Origin: Nemertoderma westbladi
Lineage: Eukaryota; Animalia; Xenacoelomorpha
Assembly: GCA_032718475.1 (NCBI GenBank)
Contig: JAUCBJ010001925.1
Span: 1 to 36,931 of the forward strand
Direction: 5' to 3'
DNA length: 36,931 nt
Part shown: in pieces, positions 1 through 12,048 of the stretch
How positions within the stretch are numbered: the first letter of the stretch is position 1
Layout of the letters: each line of letters starts with the position of its first letter
The notes under the pieces: generated by a model
Told to the model about the DNA's origin: nothing
The model's database searches: none
Seen by the model: only the letters and a program-made list of their open reading frames with translations
Made by a program: the position numbers and the translations under genes

Positions 1-90
1 GGCAGAGTATTAGGAATGCAAAGTTCAGATCCTCGTGTCTCGGCTAAACCAAGCTCTGGGTAGACCTTGGAAAGTACTCTGCGTTGATAC

Positions 91-276
91 CACTGCTTCC
101 GAGACGGTGGCGCCCCCGGCGTCCACCGTGGCGTACCGGATGGTGGGGCCCGGTTGGTTGTCGCCGTCCACCGCCGCCCCGTCCGGGCAGGTGTACTCGC
201 ACAGACCCGAGAGGACCCACACCTTGAGGAAGTTGGTGTCGAAGTCGTTGGGGTTGCCCAGAGCGACCACGGTTAC
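91..276 (-). CDS. ITFG1: ITFG1 coding exon 3 (gene continues beyond window start)
   Basis: Acceptor catttaccaccag|GTA ACC in phase 0. DTNFLKVWVLSGLC...NQPGPTIRYATVDAGG matches the conserved ITFG1 segment. The donor position is uncertain (exon ends at 91 or 94). Confidence 0.85.
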
Positions 277-419
277 CTGGTGGTAAATGAAATCAGTTTA
301 GCGGAACAGAATGACAACTTATATAAATAATATAAATAATTAATTCTTAAGAAATACAAAAACGTTTAAATGCGCAGTCTTGAACAAATTTGAAGCCAGC
401 CAGAGTCCCACAATGAAAG

Positions 420-620
420 ACAAAGGAAAAAAAGTACCGGTAATAGAAAATATAAAAAATAAAGAAAAAGGTAGAAAAAGGATTAAAATATGAAAAAAAG
501 GAAAAAAAAAGAGAAAAAAAGAGTTTAAAAAATAAAGAGAGAAAAAAAATAGTAAAATAAAGAGAGAAAAAAAATAGTAAAATAAAGAGAGAAAAAAGAG
601 TAAAATAAAGAAAAGTAAAT
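420..620. repeat. Purine-rich low-complexity tract with short tandem AAAATAAAGAGAGAAAAAAAATAGT units
   Basis: Seen directly in ITFG1 intron 2. Confidence 0.8.
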
Positions 621-881
621 TTGGAATATAAAAAATGAATAAATTAAGTCACCAGAAATATCTGGTTTCAACTTTGAAAACAGAAGGGCGAAAGAACACT
701 TAAAGGATCAAAATTGGTAAATACATATACAGATATTATTTAATGAGATTCCAAGTCGACTTCCGGAAATCTCAAGTTCGCGACTTTTCCATATTTGAAT
801 AGTCGCAACTCGAGAACCGTTCGACAGTTTACGTAACTCTTGACTTCTCTGCAAAAATTATAAACAAACTTTAATACATTT

Positions 882-3523
882 GGGTCAGTCCATATCAAAA
901 CGACCAATGTTAAAAACCACTATGTCTTGGATCAGTCTAATTTTTGGAGAGATTGATGATGGGTTCATGATATGAAGAACAAAAAAAACATTTCTCAGAA
1001 ATATTGAGTAGAAGTCAAGATATGACTATTTGAAAAATTCAAGTTTTCGCATGACCGCACACATTCGCGACATTATTTTTTACGCCCTAATTTTAAAAAA
1101 TCCAATTCAAATTGCTCTGTATGGGGTGTAAATTTTGTTATGGGGGTAATTTTCTGTGCTGAATCCGAAAATGTCATCAAAAATTTGAATTTTTAATGTT
1201 TTCTTGTGATATATTTTAAATTTCATTTCGTCCGCGACTGAAAAATTAAGGGTTTTCAGGGACATAAAAACATGTGTGGCACTGTCACTTAGGTGATGAA
1301 ACTTTGTATGCTAAACCACAACACTATTGTATTCGATCTGTGGGTATTTGTGGGTCGATCTGTGGGTACAAAATCTATGGGTATTTGACAACTTCATTAT
1401 AATATTTGTGTTCAAATATTTGTCTAAAAAAGTAACCGGGCGGTCCAATTAGTCCAATTAAATCCCATAGTACTGGACCACGAGAATTGTATGGGAAACG
1501 CAAAGCAGCTGAGATTGATGATGCAGTTAGATCAAGTATCTTTGCAGTCTTCCTCTACGATGGAACCGGTTTCTGAAAATTGTTCAGATTGTAGTAGACT
1601 TGTAACAGGATTAAAAGTTCAAGTTTCACTAGCAAATACTACAAAGGAAAAAATTAAACTTCTTACACTTGCTCCACAGAGTTGGACAATACAGAAAGTG
1701 GTGTGTGAATTTCAAGTGACAAATTGGACTGCTAAGCAAGCTCGAAAATTACGCAATGAACACGGGTTGCTTCCAAATGTAGAAAAGAAACAAGGATCCA
1801 GAACAATTAGTCTAGACAAACAATCTCAGACTGCATAATCCTCTTAGACTTTGCTGAGAATTACAGTTTTGTTTGTCAAGATGCTGTTCAAGGGTATCCC
1901 CGGGACAACACACAGGCAACTGTTCATCCTTTTGTTGTTTACCTTAAAGATCCAAGTTCAACAAAATTGGTGTCCTACAGTTAATGTGTAATTAGTGATG
2001 AGAGAGATCATGGAGTAGGCACTGTACATACATACATTTCTAAGCACATTAATGCGCCATATAAAGAATCAGTTTCCCCAAATTCAAGGTACAGTTGATT
2101 ACTTTTCTGATGGTTCTTCGCAACAGTATAAGAATTGTAAAAACTTTACAAATCTTTGTATGCACCAAGTAGACTTTGCTGTAGAAGCTGAGAGGTATTT
2201 TTTTGCCACATCCCATGGGAAAAGTACTTGTGATGGCATAGGCTGATAGGAGGAACCAACAAAAGGTTGGTTGCCAGGGCTAGTTTGCAGGCAACAAGTG
2301 ATAGTCAGATATTAACTCCAGCAGATGTTTAAATGGTTAAACACAAATGTCAAAAAGGTCCACTACTTTTATATTTCTAAAGAAGTTGCACAACATACTT
2401 CTAAAATAACTTCCAAGACTTACTGATGCAGCAACAGTATCTGGCACACGGAGTCATCATAAATTTGTTCCTATTGCAGGATATTCGAATCATCTAAAAA
2501 TGTTTAGAATCTCTGCTGATTCTGACTTCACCATCGTGTCACCTGCATCATATTTGTCACCATTTTCAGCTGAGGTAGATATAGGAACAGGAAAGTGGGT
2601 TTCAGTAAAATATGATAAGGCCTGGTACTTAGGAATTGTAGAAGATCATTCTGACGAATATAATGATATATATGTCACATTCATGCACCAAGCACAACAA
2701 GCATCTAAACTAAACTGGAAATGGCCTGCACAGAAGGATGAGTGTTGGGTTCCAAAATATCATATAATAAAAGGTATTGATGCACCCCTACTAACTAGCA
2801 TTAGTGGTAGAATATACCAAATTCCAAGCTATGAAGTGGAATGTATTGAAAAAATGGCTTCTCTCAAAAATCGTATTTAAATGAGCTTAAATGGAAGCAA
2901 TATATCCAACTAGAGTACCTAATGGTCACATTAGGTCTGCCAGAATGTTAAAGAAGGCAAATCAACTGATAAATTCTTCTCGCGATCCTTCGCGATTACT
3001 CAAAAAACGGTATTTTTGATCTGTGATAGAATTTAAAGATGTCATATACCCAAGAATTTTAATGGTTAAATGAAATAACTATAATGTAGTAACGATACAC
3101 ACCAAGTTTCAGCTTTGTAGTAGCAGTGCCACATTGGTAGTTCTAGATCTTTCTTTGGCTATCGCGAAAGAAAAAAAATTGCTGATTACATCACTTTATC
3201 TTTCGAATTTTCCCTTTTTGTGGTCATTTTTGAGATCAGCACCACAAACATACCCCATAACCAATTTTTCATGCCTTTAGAGTTCCCTTATAGTCTATTG
3301 TGTACTAAGACTCCAAAAGTACCAATGCGATAGATGCCGCGAGCGCCCGAAAACTCTAAATTTCAAATACTGATATCTCAGCTTCTAATGAATATTTTTG
3401 ACTCATTTTACTTTTAAATTTCATTACATATGTTTATATTCATTATGTGACAAAATTTAGTCAAACTGGCCATGTTGGGTTTTTCAGTTTTACCATTTTG
3501 GTCGTTTTCATATGGACTGACCC
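882..3523 (+). mobile_element. Sola2-like DNA transposon with decayed transposase, in ITFG1 intron 2
   Basis: TIR GGGTCAGTCCATAT[C/G]AAAACGACCAA with GGG...CCC termini and 4-bp TSD ATTT (878-881 / 3524-3527). Imperfect subterminal inverted similarity extends further in. Transposase fragments DFAENYSFVCQD..QATVHPF, FSDGSSQQYKN and FFATSHGKSTCDGIG are broken by stops, frameshifts and a deletion. Confidence 0.85.
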
Positions 3524-3622
3524 ATTTATGTAAAATATGAATGGCAACAATTTGATTCTAAGTCTTTTGGGGGAATCAACATGTTATATGCGATACATTC
3601 TGCGAAAAAAGTAATAAACTAC

Positions 3623-4159
3623 CTCGCTGGATTTCTCGACCGACAAAACCACGTCGAGGATTCCGTTCCCATTGAGATCGAAGAACGAGGCGAGAATCGG
3701 AGTTCCATCCAACGCGGGTAGGGAACGAGGTCGGAACGTCCGCGTTCCTTCGCAGACCTCGACGGGACCGAGGCATTCAACGTTCTCCAACACAACGGCG
3801 GCCGTGGAGTCGCCGTCCTTCACGATGACGACGGCGTCGGGGAACCGATCGAAGTTGTAATCCGCGAAGTTGAGTTGCACGGGGTACCGCGGGGGTCGGG
3901 AGTGGAACTGTACGGAACGGCCGGACAGTTGGAGGTCGGACACCACGAGGTCCCACTGCTGCGACGCGAAGGAGTACGCGTAGACGCGGCTACTACCGGA
4001 GCCGCAGTCCGAGGCGACGCAGCCCGGTTGGACGATGTCGACACGGCCGTCCGCGTCGAGGTCCACGAACCCCGCCCGGCCGAGGTACTCCAACTCGGTC
4101 GGCGCGGTGACCGTGGTCTCCAGGTACAGACGGCCCGCCCCGCCGTCCATACGCCACAC
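3623..4159 (-). CDS. ITFG1: ITFG1 coding exon 2
   Basis: Acceptor tttgcag|GTG TGG joins in frame to give RQFE|VWR. Motifs GFVDLDADGRVDIVQPGC, FADYNFDRFPDA and ASFFDLNGNGILDV. Donor GAG|GTAGTT, 537 bp, phase 0-0. Confidence 0.9.
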
Positions 4160-4251
4160 CTGCAAACGGAATCGAGAGGTTTGGGTGTCATGATTCAGTA
4201 AAAGTTGCCCAAAAATATCATCAAAAAAAATACAAGATATATAAATATCAG

Positions 4252-4717
4252 TAGTGATGTTGCGAATGTCACATTTTTAACATCCGCACGGATGCGGGCG
4301 GATGTCTATTAAAACATATATATTTTTGCCTGGCCTCCCTTTTACATCAAGGTTATACCAGCATTTTAATATTATATTCTAATCTTATATTAATAAACTA
4401 ACAAGAGTCTAAGGTTATAGAACAGAATGGGATATAATATAACAAAACAATAAAACAACAAACATTTTTTATATTGTTCCCGTCGAGTGTTAGTGTATTT
4501 TTAGTATTAGTATAATATTAAGATAAAATAAAAAAAAATTCATAAGGGAAAAAGTAATTATTATTAAAAATTTAATTGAGTGGTTGCTGGGCCTTCAGAC
4601 AGGATGCTTGAATAGTGCATGTAACATCCGCATGTCACATCCGCATGACGTGGGTGCGGATGCGGATGCGAAAAATCATGCGGATATCCGCGGATGCGGA
4701 CATTCGCCACATCCCTA
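4252..4717. mobile_element. Non-autonomous hAT (Ac-like) MITE in ITFG1 intron 1
   Basis: 19-bp imperfect TIR TAG[T/G]GATGT[T/G]GCGAATGTC and perfect 8-bp TSD AATATCAG (4244-4251 / 4718-4725). Subterminal GCGGAT/ATCCGC repeats. Confidence 0.9.
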
Positions 4718-5499
4718 AATATCAGTATATTCAATATCCTACCGATAAACCGACCGATCTGGATAATATCCAGTAACAGCTGACCAATAATTAATGGAAC
4801 ATTGAATTCCCACTATGGAATACAGATTGTCTGATTATGCCATTTAAAACAAATGTCTCACAATATTTCATAAAATAGCCACAAAAAATAGAAGTAAAAT
4901 CTAATTCAGTACGGTACGAGCACAGTTAGTCCACATAATCGGCTAGGCAGGTAGGCCTATTCAATTTCGCTTAAACCAACAAAAAGGTGCTGGGATAGTG
5001 TACAGGAGGTTGATGCACCAGAGTAGTGTAGTGTATAATACTATATAATATCCATTAATCAATTGTTTCTAAAACTATATAAAACACAGTATATAACGGT
5101 ATAACATAAAAAAAACAATGTGCACTGCATGGTGGATGGGATCTCACTTGTAATTAAAACAATTTCAATAATTGGACCATGTGTAAAAAGATTACAAAAT
5201 CACCATATACCTTCAACTGTGTGTGATGTATTATAATCCTTACATTCCTTTGTATTTTATTCTCCAATTGTTTAATTGTTTTGGAAATCGAGCACTAATA
5301 AGGAACAAAATGGTTCTGTGGGGCTTACATAAACATTATCAGAGTGACACATCTTATTCAAGATACAAAGCAGCTATATAAACGAGTGTACAACTCGAAT
5401 CAGGGAAACACAACACAATCATGAAAAGGAGATTGCTAGGAAAGCCTCAACTAACTCTAAAGAATTCTGGAAATTCATACAAACTAAACGCAAAACAAA

Positions 5500-6020
5500 G
5501 GCTGGTGGTCTCCGATCTTAAGGACACTAATGGGAAACTGGTGACCTCTAGTACAGATAAAGCTACAGTTATCATCAAACATTACAACTCGTTCCATTCC
5601 TGGAATTACTTTATATTTGGCCTGAATAATTCGTTATATCCAGCAATAAACAATTATATCAACTTATGGATGTCCTATTTCCGGGTAATTTGTATTTTTT
5701 TAAATCTATTCCAGCCCAACATTTTAATATTTGTATTGTATTATATTTCATGTCCGCGATCGCCTAAGTACCTTTTTACTTGTAACTTTATGGTGCTTTT
5801 AGCTTTTAATTTAGTTTTTATCTACCGTATAATGTGTAGGCCTACACTACAATGTTATTTAATAGTGTGTACAGCTAGCTGTACAGTATGACTTCGTTCA
5901 TTGAGTTTACCAATGTTTCTGTTCATTTTATTTATGTATAGTGTGTACTGTAAAGGCTTTATAAGCAATAGCTTCCGTTATCATTGAATCATTACATGTC
6001 TCATGAACATATGAATAATA
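5500..6020 (+). mobile_element. Decayed CR1-group LINE remnant
   Basis: LKDTNGKLVTSSTDKATVIIKHYNS resembles the linker upstream of RT in CR1-group ORF2. It is followed by AT-rich 3'UTR-like sequence. Confidence 0.4.
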
Positions 6021-6148
6021 ATCGGAAAATCACCCCGTTCTTTCCTGACTAAAATAAAAATCTATCTAAATTCTGAAATTTCAGAATTATAAAAATATAA
6101 TTTAAGATCTACCAGTCTGCCAGTATACCGGTACCAAACCAAACCCAC

Positions 6149-6880
6149 CTCGAATTGCCTCCGATTGCCTTCCCCTACTGTTGCTATGACAACATCGGCC
6201 TCGAGATCTTCACCAACGACATCGACGAAGGCGTTGGTATTGGGAACGACAACATCCGCGGCGTCCTCAAGCCTCTCGAACAAATCATCGGTCTGCACCA
6301 CGGTTCGATTGGTGCCGACGGACCAGACGGCGCGCCGTCCGCTCGCCGAATCGACGCCCAGGATGTCAGGAATCATATCCCCGTTGGCGTCGAGAACCAA
6401 CGGCTGATCGGCCAGGCCGTCGGCCGCTACGTCGAGTCCGTCAACCAAGGTGGCCGGCACGCCGCCGCCCCAGTAGATGGTAAGATGCGCCAGTGAAGAG
6501 TCGCTCTTCTGCGCGACCACTAGGACGTCCATGAAACCGTCTCCGTCGAAGTCCCCCGGTGCGACGGACGTGATCTCGCCGACTCCGTCGTACTCGATAT
6601 TTACTTCCGCCTCGGTCGAACCGAAATGCGGCTCGGCGTCCTTCCAGAAATGGATCAACACGGTTCGCTCCCCTACGACTACGAATATATCGACCTTTTT
6701 GTCGCCGTTGTAATTCCCGTAAGCGGCGATTCGGCCCGGCATCTTCAGACCAAATTGGAAGCGAGAAATGTCAGTGAAAATTACGTCCGTGGTGTCGGAA
6801 TTGACAAAGTTTGCGAAAACGAACAGACAGTAGATAAATCCACAATACGGAAACACCGAGTTAGTTTTAGACATTGCCAT
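6149..6880 (-). CDS. ITFG1: ITFG1/TIP/LINKIN (integrin-alpha FG-GAP repeat protein 1), coding exon 1
   Basis: Signal-peptide-like N-terminus. FG-GAP/Ca-binding motifs (AAYGNYNGDKKVDIFV, VAPGDFDGDGFMDVLV, QPLVLDANGDMIPDILG, PNTNAFVD) match the ITFG1 family as recalled. GC-rich exon of 732 bp ending at donor GAG|GTGGGT, phase 0. Confidence 0.9.
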
Positions 6881-7104
6881 GTCTTTTCAGCTTTTAGGCT
6901 GCACGGAACGGACTGCAGGACTGGCTATCCAATTCAGCAATTGGAAACTGACTGGACTGCTGGAAGAAATGAAGATTACATCTCAAAGTCAACATGCAAC
7001 AATTACAAATTAGGCCTACAGAATTACTGAACTAGGATACTGCAGTACTGCTGTACTCTGGTACTGCAGTACTGAATTTACGACTGAAGGTCTACAGAAG
7101 AACC

Positions 7105-8290
7105 TGAAATTGAAATTGAATTTAATGACATGACATTATAGATAAACAAATAATAAACGGTTAACACGGATTAAACAAACGTGACATCGTCACTAAAAGT
7201 AAAATAAGCACCCAGCCATTTAACACCACTGGGGCTGCACACAGTGAACTGTACATTATATGTGCAATATGCAATGCACAAAAAAGTGTTTAAAATTTAA
7301 TTTAAAATAATTACGTACATAGTCATTATGGGTATATAATTAAAACCAAAAGTAAAATATTAAGTTAATGCTAGTTATTGCTAGGTATCTATGGAGTATT
7401 ATGAGTTCCATAGTGTATCAGATCAGCCTGGGACTAGGGAGAACCGGAGCAGTTGTGATTGGTGCAGGGGGAGGGCGGATTGTCTCCATTGTGGTCTTCC
7501 AGGATCCCTTGCACGTATGGAGCAGATCAGTCTCATCTAGGTTCTTTTTAAATACTTTGAGTGATGGTGACATTACAACTACATTGGGAAGAGAGTTCCA
7601 GGTGGGGATATGACGCACAGTGAAATGATGCTGGTGAATAGCTACATTTGAATGGGGGCGTTCTAATTTCCATGGGTGTCCTCTAGTTCTTGAATTAGAA
7701 GCAATGTGAAAGTAAACTCGATCTGATTGCCCACTTCGAATTATTTTATACATTTCAGTGATATCGATTTTGATCCGGCGTTCTTCTAGAGATTTGCATT
7801 TCAATTTAGTTAGTCTGCTGGATTAGCTTAAACCAGATAGACCGGGTAACCACCGCGTAAACTCTCTTTGAACCTGTTCTAACCTGTTTATATCTTTGTC
7901 GAGCATTGGAGACCAAATGGGGCTATTATATTCGAGAATTGGTCGAACAAAAGTGCAAAATAGATAGAATTGAAACTGGCTATTACGGTGGCCGAATGAA
8001 CGTCTAATTTGAGAGCTCGATTTTCTTGCCTTGGCACAGATGAATTCGACATGTTCACTAAAGAGTAAATCATTTGAAATGATAATTCCAAGGTCTTTGT
8101 TGCATTCATTAGTGTTCAAGAGAGTTCCATTCATATTATAAGTATGAGTAACTGAGGTAGAAGAATTTGGGGCCTTAAGTGAGACTAGACAGCACTTTTT
8201 AACATTAAACTCCATATTCCAATCAGAAGCCCAACTAAGGAGAGAATCGATGTCTGGATCGAATCGTGTCTGAATCATGTCTGAATCGAA
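7105..8290 (-). mobile_element. 5'-truncated CR1-type LINE
   Basis: WASDWNMEFNVKKC, KDLGII, FVRPILEYNSPIWSP, LEQVQREFTR, TRGHPWKL and WNSLP motifs, with a (TTTCAA)n-like tail at ~7105-7122. Confidence 0.88.
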
Positions 8291-8387
8291 CCTGGAACCA
8301 GTTGTCAGGTTATGCTACAGTGCAGCAGTGCTATGAGACAACAGGACAGATCGAATGGTTGCTGACTCAACCAAATCGAAGAATCGT

Positions 8388-9140
8388 AATATAATAATAA
8401 TAATAATAATAATAATGCACTCTTTTATTAATCATTAACATATAACAATTAATTAAAAGGGAGAACATCACCCAGGTTACAAGGACACTTACGGGCAACA
8501 ATTGCACTTAAAAATATCGTTAAATTAAAATACTAAAATACATGTTTCTTATATATTGTAAAAATTACAAATCCAAAAATCTATCAAAACTACAATAAGG
8601 TAAAAGATCTACTTTTTTTAACAAGTTCTTAAAAACATTAATATTAACTGCCATAACTACGTCTGACGGTAAATCGTTCCATACACTTACTACACGGTTT
8701 GAATAGGAATACTTAGTTATCTCTAATCTAGTAAAACGTTTATAAGAATGTCCTCGATTGCACCGCACCGTATTTGCAAAAGTAAAAAAAATTTCTTGCG
8801 GTAGATCAACAAGTTGATGTAGAATGTTGTAAGTCATTGTAAGATCAAAAATATGTCGTCGTACTTCTAAAGGCTGTAGTTCTAAGATTCTCAGCCTGTT
8901 TAGATAACTTGTACGGCCTAAGTTACAACGGGCAAAAAGTCTACGAGTAAAGTACCGTTGGAGACGCTCAATTAAATCAATTGTACCAAAGTCAAAGGCG
9001 GTGAGCTAACCGGAGTACAGTATTCTAGAATAGGTCGCACGTAGGACTTATAGGCAGTAATAATTGCGTTTAAATTACCAGTATGAAAACATCTGAAGAT
9101 CATATTAACTATTTTATACGCCTTCTTCACCTGCTCCCTT
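8388..9140 (-). mobile_element. 5'-truncated CR1-type LINE (second family)
   Basis: AYKSYVRPILEYCTP, NRGHSYK and SNRVVSVWNDLP motifs, with a (TTA)n tail at ~8388-8416. Confidence 0.85.
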
Positions 9141-9302
9141 AAGTTATTTCATATGTATTTCATATGGACATAACTGAAAAATTGAAAAATCCGGCAGCAG
9201 TAAGAAAATGTGTCGATCTACCATCATACCAAATTTCATAGCATCTTATTTAAATTTTAAATAAATTAGGGGGGGGGCTCCGACCGCATTAGGTCAATTG
9301 AT

Positions 9303-9896
9303 ACAACGAGTCAAAGGGAACAAAACGAGTCAAAGAGTACAATAGCAAAGGGTACAACGAGACAAAGGGTACAAACACGGCGGTCAAAGGGTACAAAACA
9401 TAGGACGTCAAAGGGTACAAACAAAACGAGTCAAAGTGTACAACACATCAAAGGGTACAACGAGACAAATGGTACAAACCAGGCGATCAAAAGGTACAAA
9501 ACATGACGTCAAAGGGTACAAACAAAGCGGTCAAAGGGTACAAAACATAGGTCGTCAAAGGGTACAAACAAAACGAGTCAAAGTGTACAACACATCAAAG
9601 GGTACAACGAGACAAATGGTACAAACCAGGCGATCAAAAGGTACAAAACAGGACGTCAAAGGGTACAAACAAAACGAGACAAAGTGTACAACATCAAAGG
9701 GAAAAAAACGAGTCAAAGGGTACAACATGAAAGGGTACAACGAGACAAAGGGTACAAACCAGGCGGTCAAAGGGTACAAAACATAGGACGTCAAAGGGTA
9801 CAAACAAAACGAGTCAAAGTGTACAACATCAAAGGGTATAACGAGACATAGGGTACAAACCAGGCGGTCAAAGGGTACAAAACAGAACGTCAAAGT
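9303..9896. repeat. Complex minisatellite built on CAAAGGGTACAA with a 147-bp higher-order duplication
   Basis: The core recurs every ~16-24 bp, and the block starting at 9421 recurs at 9568. Confidence 0.9.
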
Positions 9897-11429
9897 CAGA
9901 AAATGTTAGCGCATTTGATAAAAAAGACGTTCTTTTAATCTCAATTTTCATATATTGTGACTTCTTCCTGTTACTTAATAAACCATGCAATAATGAAGCA
10001 AAATGTCCGGTCTGATACACTGAGCGGAATGGCGCTAGTGTACCGTCAACGAAGGCCGCTCTAGTATATCTATTTATTTCCCCTTTCTCCCTTCGATGAA
10101 TTGATTTGCTCTATATTTCGCTTAGTCTAATACGGTATTTGATCATCTATTATATTTCACTAGTATACAGTACCGGAGGGTGTGGCAACGCAATACAACA
10201 AGCAAATGTCTGACTAATTAATTATGTAAGGACTCAAGTCTGGTGATTGTGTTTCCCTTTAGGGGAAACGTAATGCGACAAGTCTCTGGTCTAATTATAT
10301 TGATATCGCTACAGTATTCAATTTATGACAACTCTCAATCGTGATGTAATTAATAATAAGAGCTTCGCTTATATTAATGGTCTGAAATATCGCCATATAT
10401 TAGTTGAAACCCTCCCACATCTAAAAAATATTATAGACCAAAGCAGTAAATACTACCGCTACAGTTTCATGTTTAGGTAATAGCGCACACAATTAATATT
10501 AAGATCGGGAATGTAACATCATCAAAACAACTAATAGAGCATATGGAGTGCCCGAGTATTGGGTATAAAGCTATTCTATCTCTCAATGACCAACGATTTC
10601 TACCTGGTCATTGATGAATCGTTCGTAAAACTAGGTATCTCGAAGATTGCTGAAAGGGTCTAACTGATGACGGAAAACTAAGTTGAACTTTGTTTATAAC
10701 CGTGATTGCACATCTAAGTCCACCCACATCAGCTGTAACGCGCCGCAATGTTTAATTAGAACTGCCGTCAAATAGGACTTGGATAATGCGGAGATGATTG
10801 AATGTAACGCAGAACATGAATTCAAGTTCTATACTATGAAACTATGAAAGCTATAAATATAGTTTTTTAGAATGCATTTAGTTATGTAGAGTAGAATACA
10901 AAATATTTCTTAACGGATCCTTAAAGGTGCCTTCTGGTGGATGGTGTAAAATACCTTAACGGAGAGTCCTCCGTTAGTGTACCGGAGCTTCGAGTCGCTG
11001 GCTTCCGTTAGTTAAAGTCGCCGTTAATTTAACGGAGGTTTCGTGTCGCTCACAATTTTAGTTAACGGCGCCGTTAGCACTAACGGAGCTTCTTGTCGCC
11101 CGCCCCAGGTTAATAAGCAGGGCAACATTAGTTTCATATAATTTAATAATATTATTAAAGCTTTAATAACCGCACACCTAATACTGGACGCAGCTATAGG
11201 TCTACAGTATACTGTAATAAGGTACTGTAATACTGCACTATAATAATAATCCAGTATTGCAGAAGTACAGAACTGTAATAAGGATATAAAATGCTTACTG
11301 TACATAAAGCTAACACCGACCAATAAGTAAAAAAATATAGAGTTTACTGTGCGACATTGCACTAGTTATTGAAAATACATTACAGAATAACATGAGATAG
11401 AAAAAGGCAAATATTAATTAAGTATAGCG

Positions 11430-11594
11430 TTATGAAAGTTTGAGTTTATCAAATTTCCCCTGAACCCTAACAGAATATACCAGCAAGCGTTCTAGAATAA
11501 TGCAAACATCAGACTTATCCAATGGAGCAGCCATTGTGTCATGGGCATCGTTCGATGTTTCATAACTAGAAGTGGTCTCTGTCGCCGCAATTAA
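11430..11594 (-). CDS. Orphan helical protein, terminal coding exon 4: LIAATETT...DVCIILERLLVYSVRVQGKFDKLKLS*
   Basis: Strong acceptor ttttatttattatcttcag. Open in phase 0 for 54 codons to TAA at 11430-11432. Confidence 0.6.
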   Translation of the reverse strand, partial: LIAATETTSSYETSNDAHDTMAAPLDKSDVCIILERLLVYSVRVQGKFDKLKLS

Positions 11595-12048
11595 CTGAAG
11601 ATAATAAATAAAATAACATAAAATATCATCTGCTATACTGTATTAATATACTATTAAATATGGAAGATATTTAATTATTAAATCATTTAATGCAAACCTT
11701 AAGCAATTGTAACGGTTCCAATATCACAGTTATTACATATGTCACACACACTACAATCTACTGTATGAAACAGGAAACAGTGAGTAAAACTTACGAGCCG
11801 TAGAAAAGGTTCCGATATTTTGGAGAATTGGGGATATTTGGGGAGGAACAATTGGATACAGTATAAGGGGGGGGGGGGGGGGTGGAGTGGACGCAAATCC
11901 CATCTCGGCGAATTAATATATCGACTCTCTGCTCCTCGGAAAGGAGCAGGTTACAGAGGCAATTTATTCTAACCAAATCAATTAAATAAAGTCAATAGAA
12001 CAGGTTATACAGTTTTATATTTTACAGAAATCAGTTGTTATTAGCGAT

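Noticed and set aside
4412-4455. Eighth copy of the AGGTTACAGA...AACCAAAACAATAAA core
   Set aside because: Both halves are degenerate, the spacing is about 6 bp longer, and the sequence is very AT-rich.
3576-7030. Overlapping alternative-frame and antisense ORFs over the ITFG1 exons
   Set aside because: These are shadow ORFs expected from GC-rich coding sequence.
9303-9896. CRISPR array or repetitive protein ORFs (9436-9786, 9555-9893)
   Set aside because: Eukaryotic context, recurring short spacers and no cas genes. The ORFs are by-products of the repeat.
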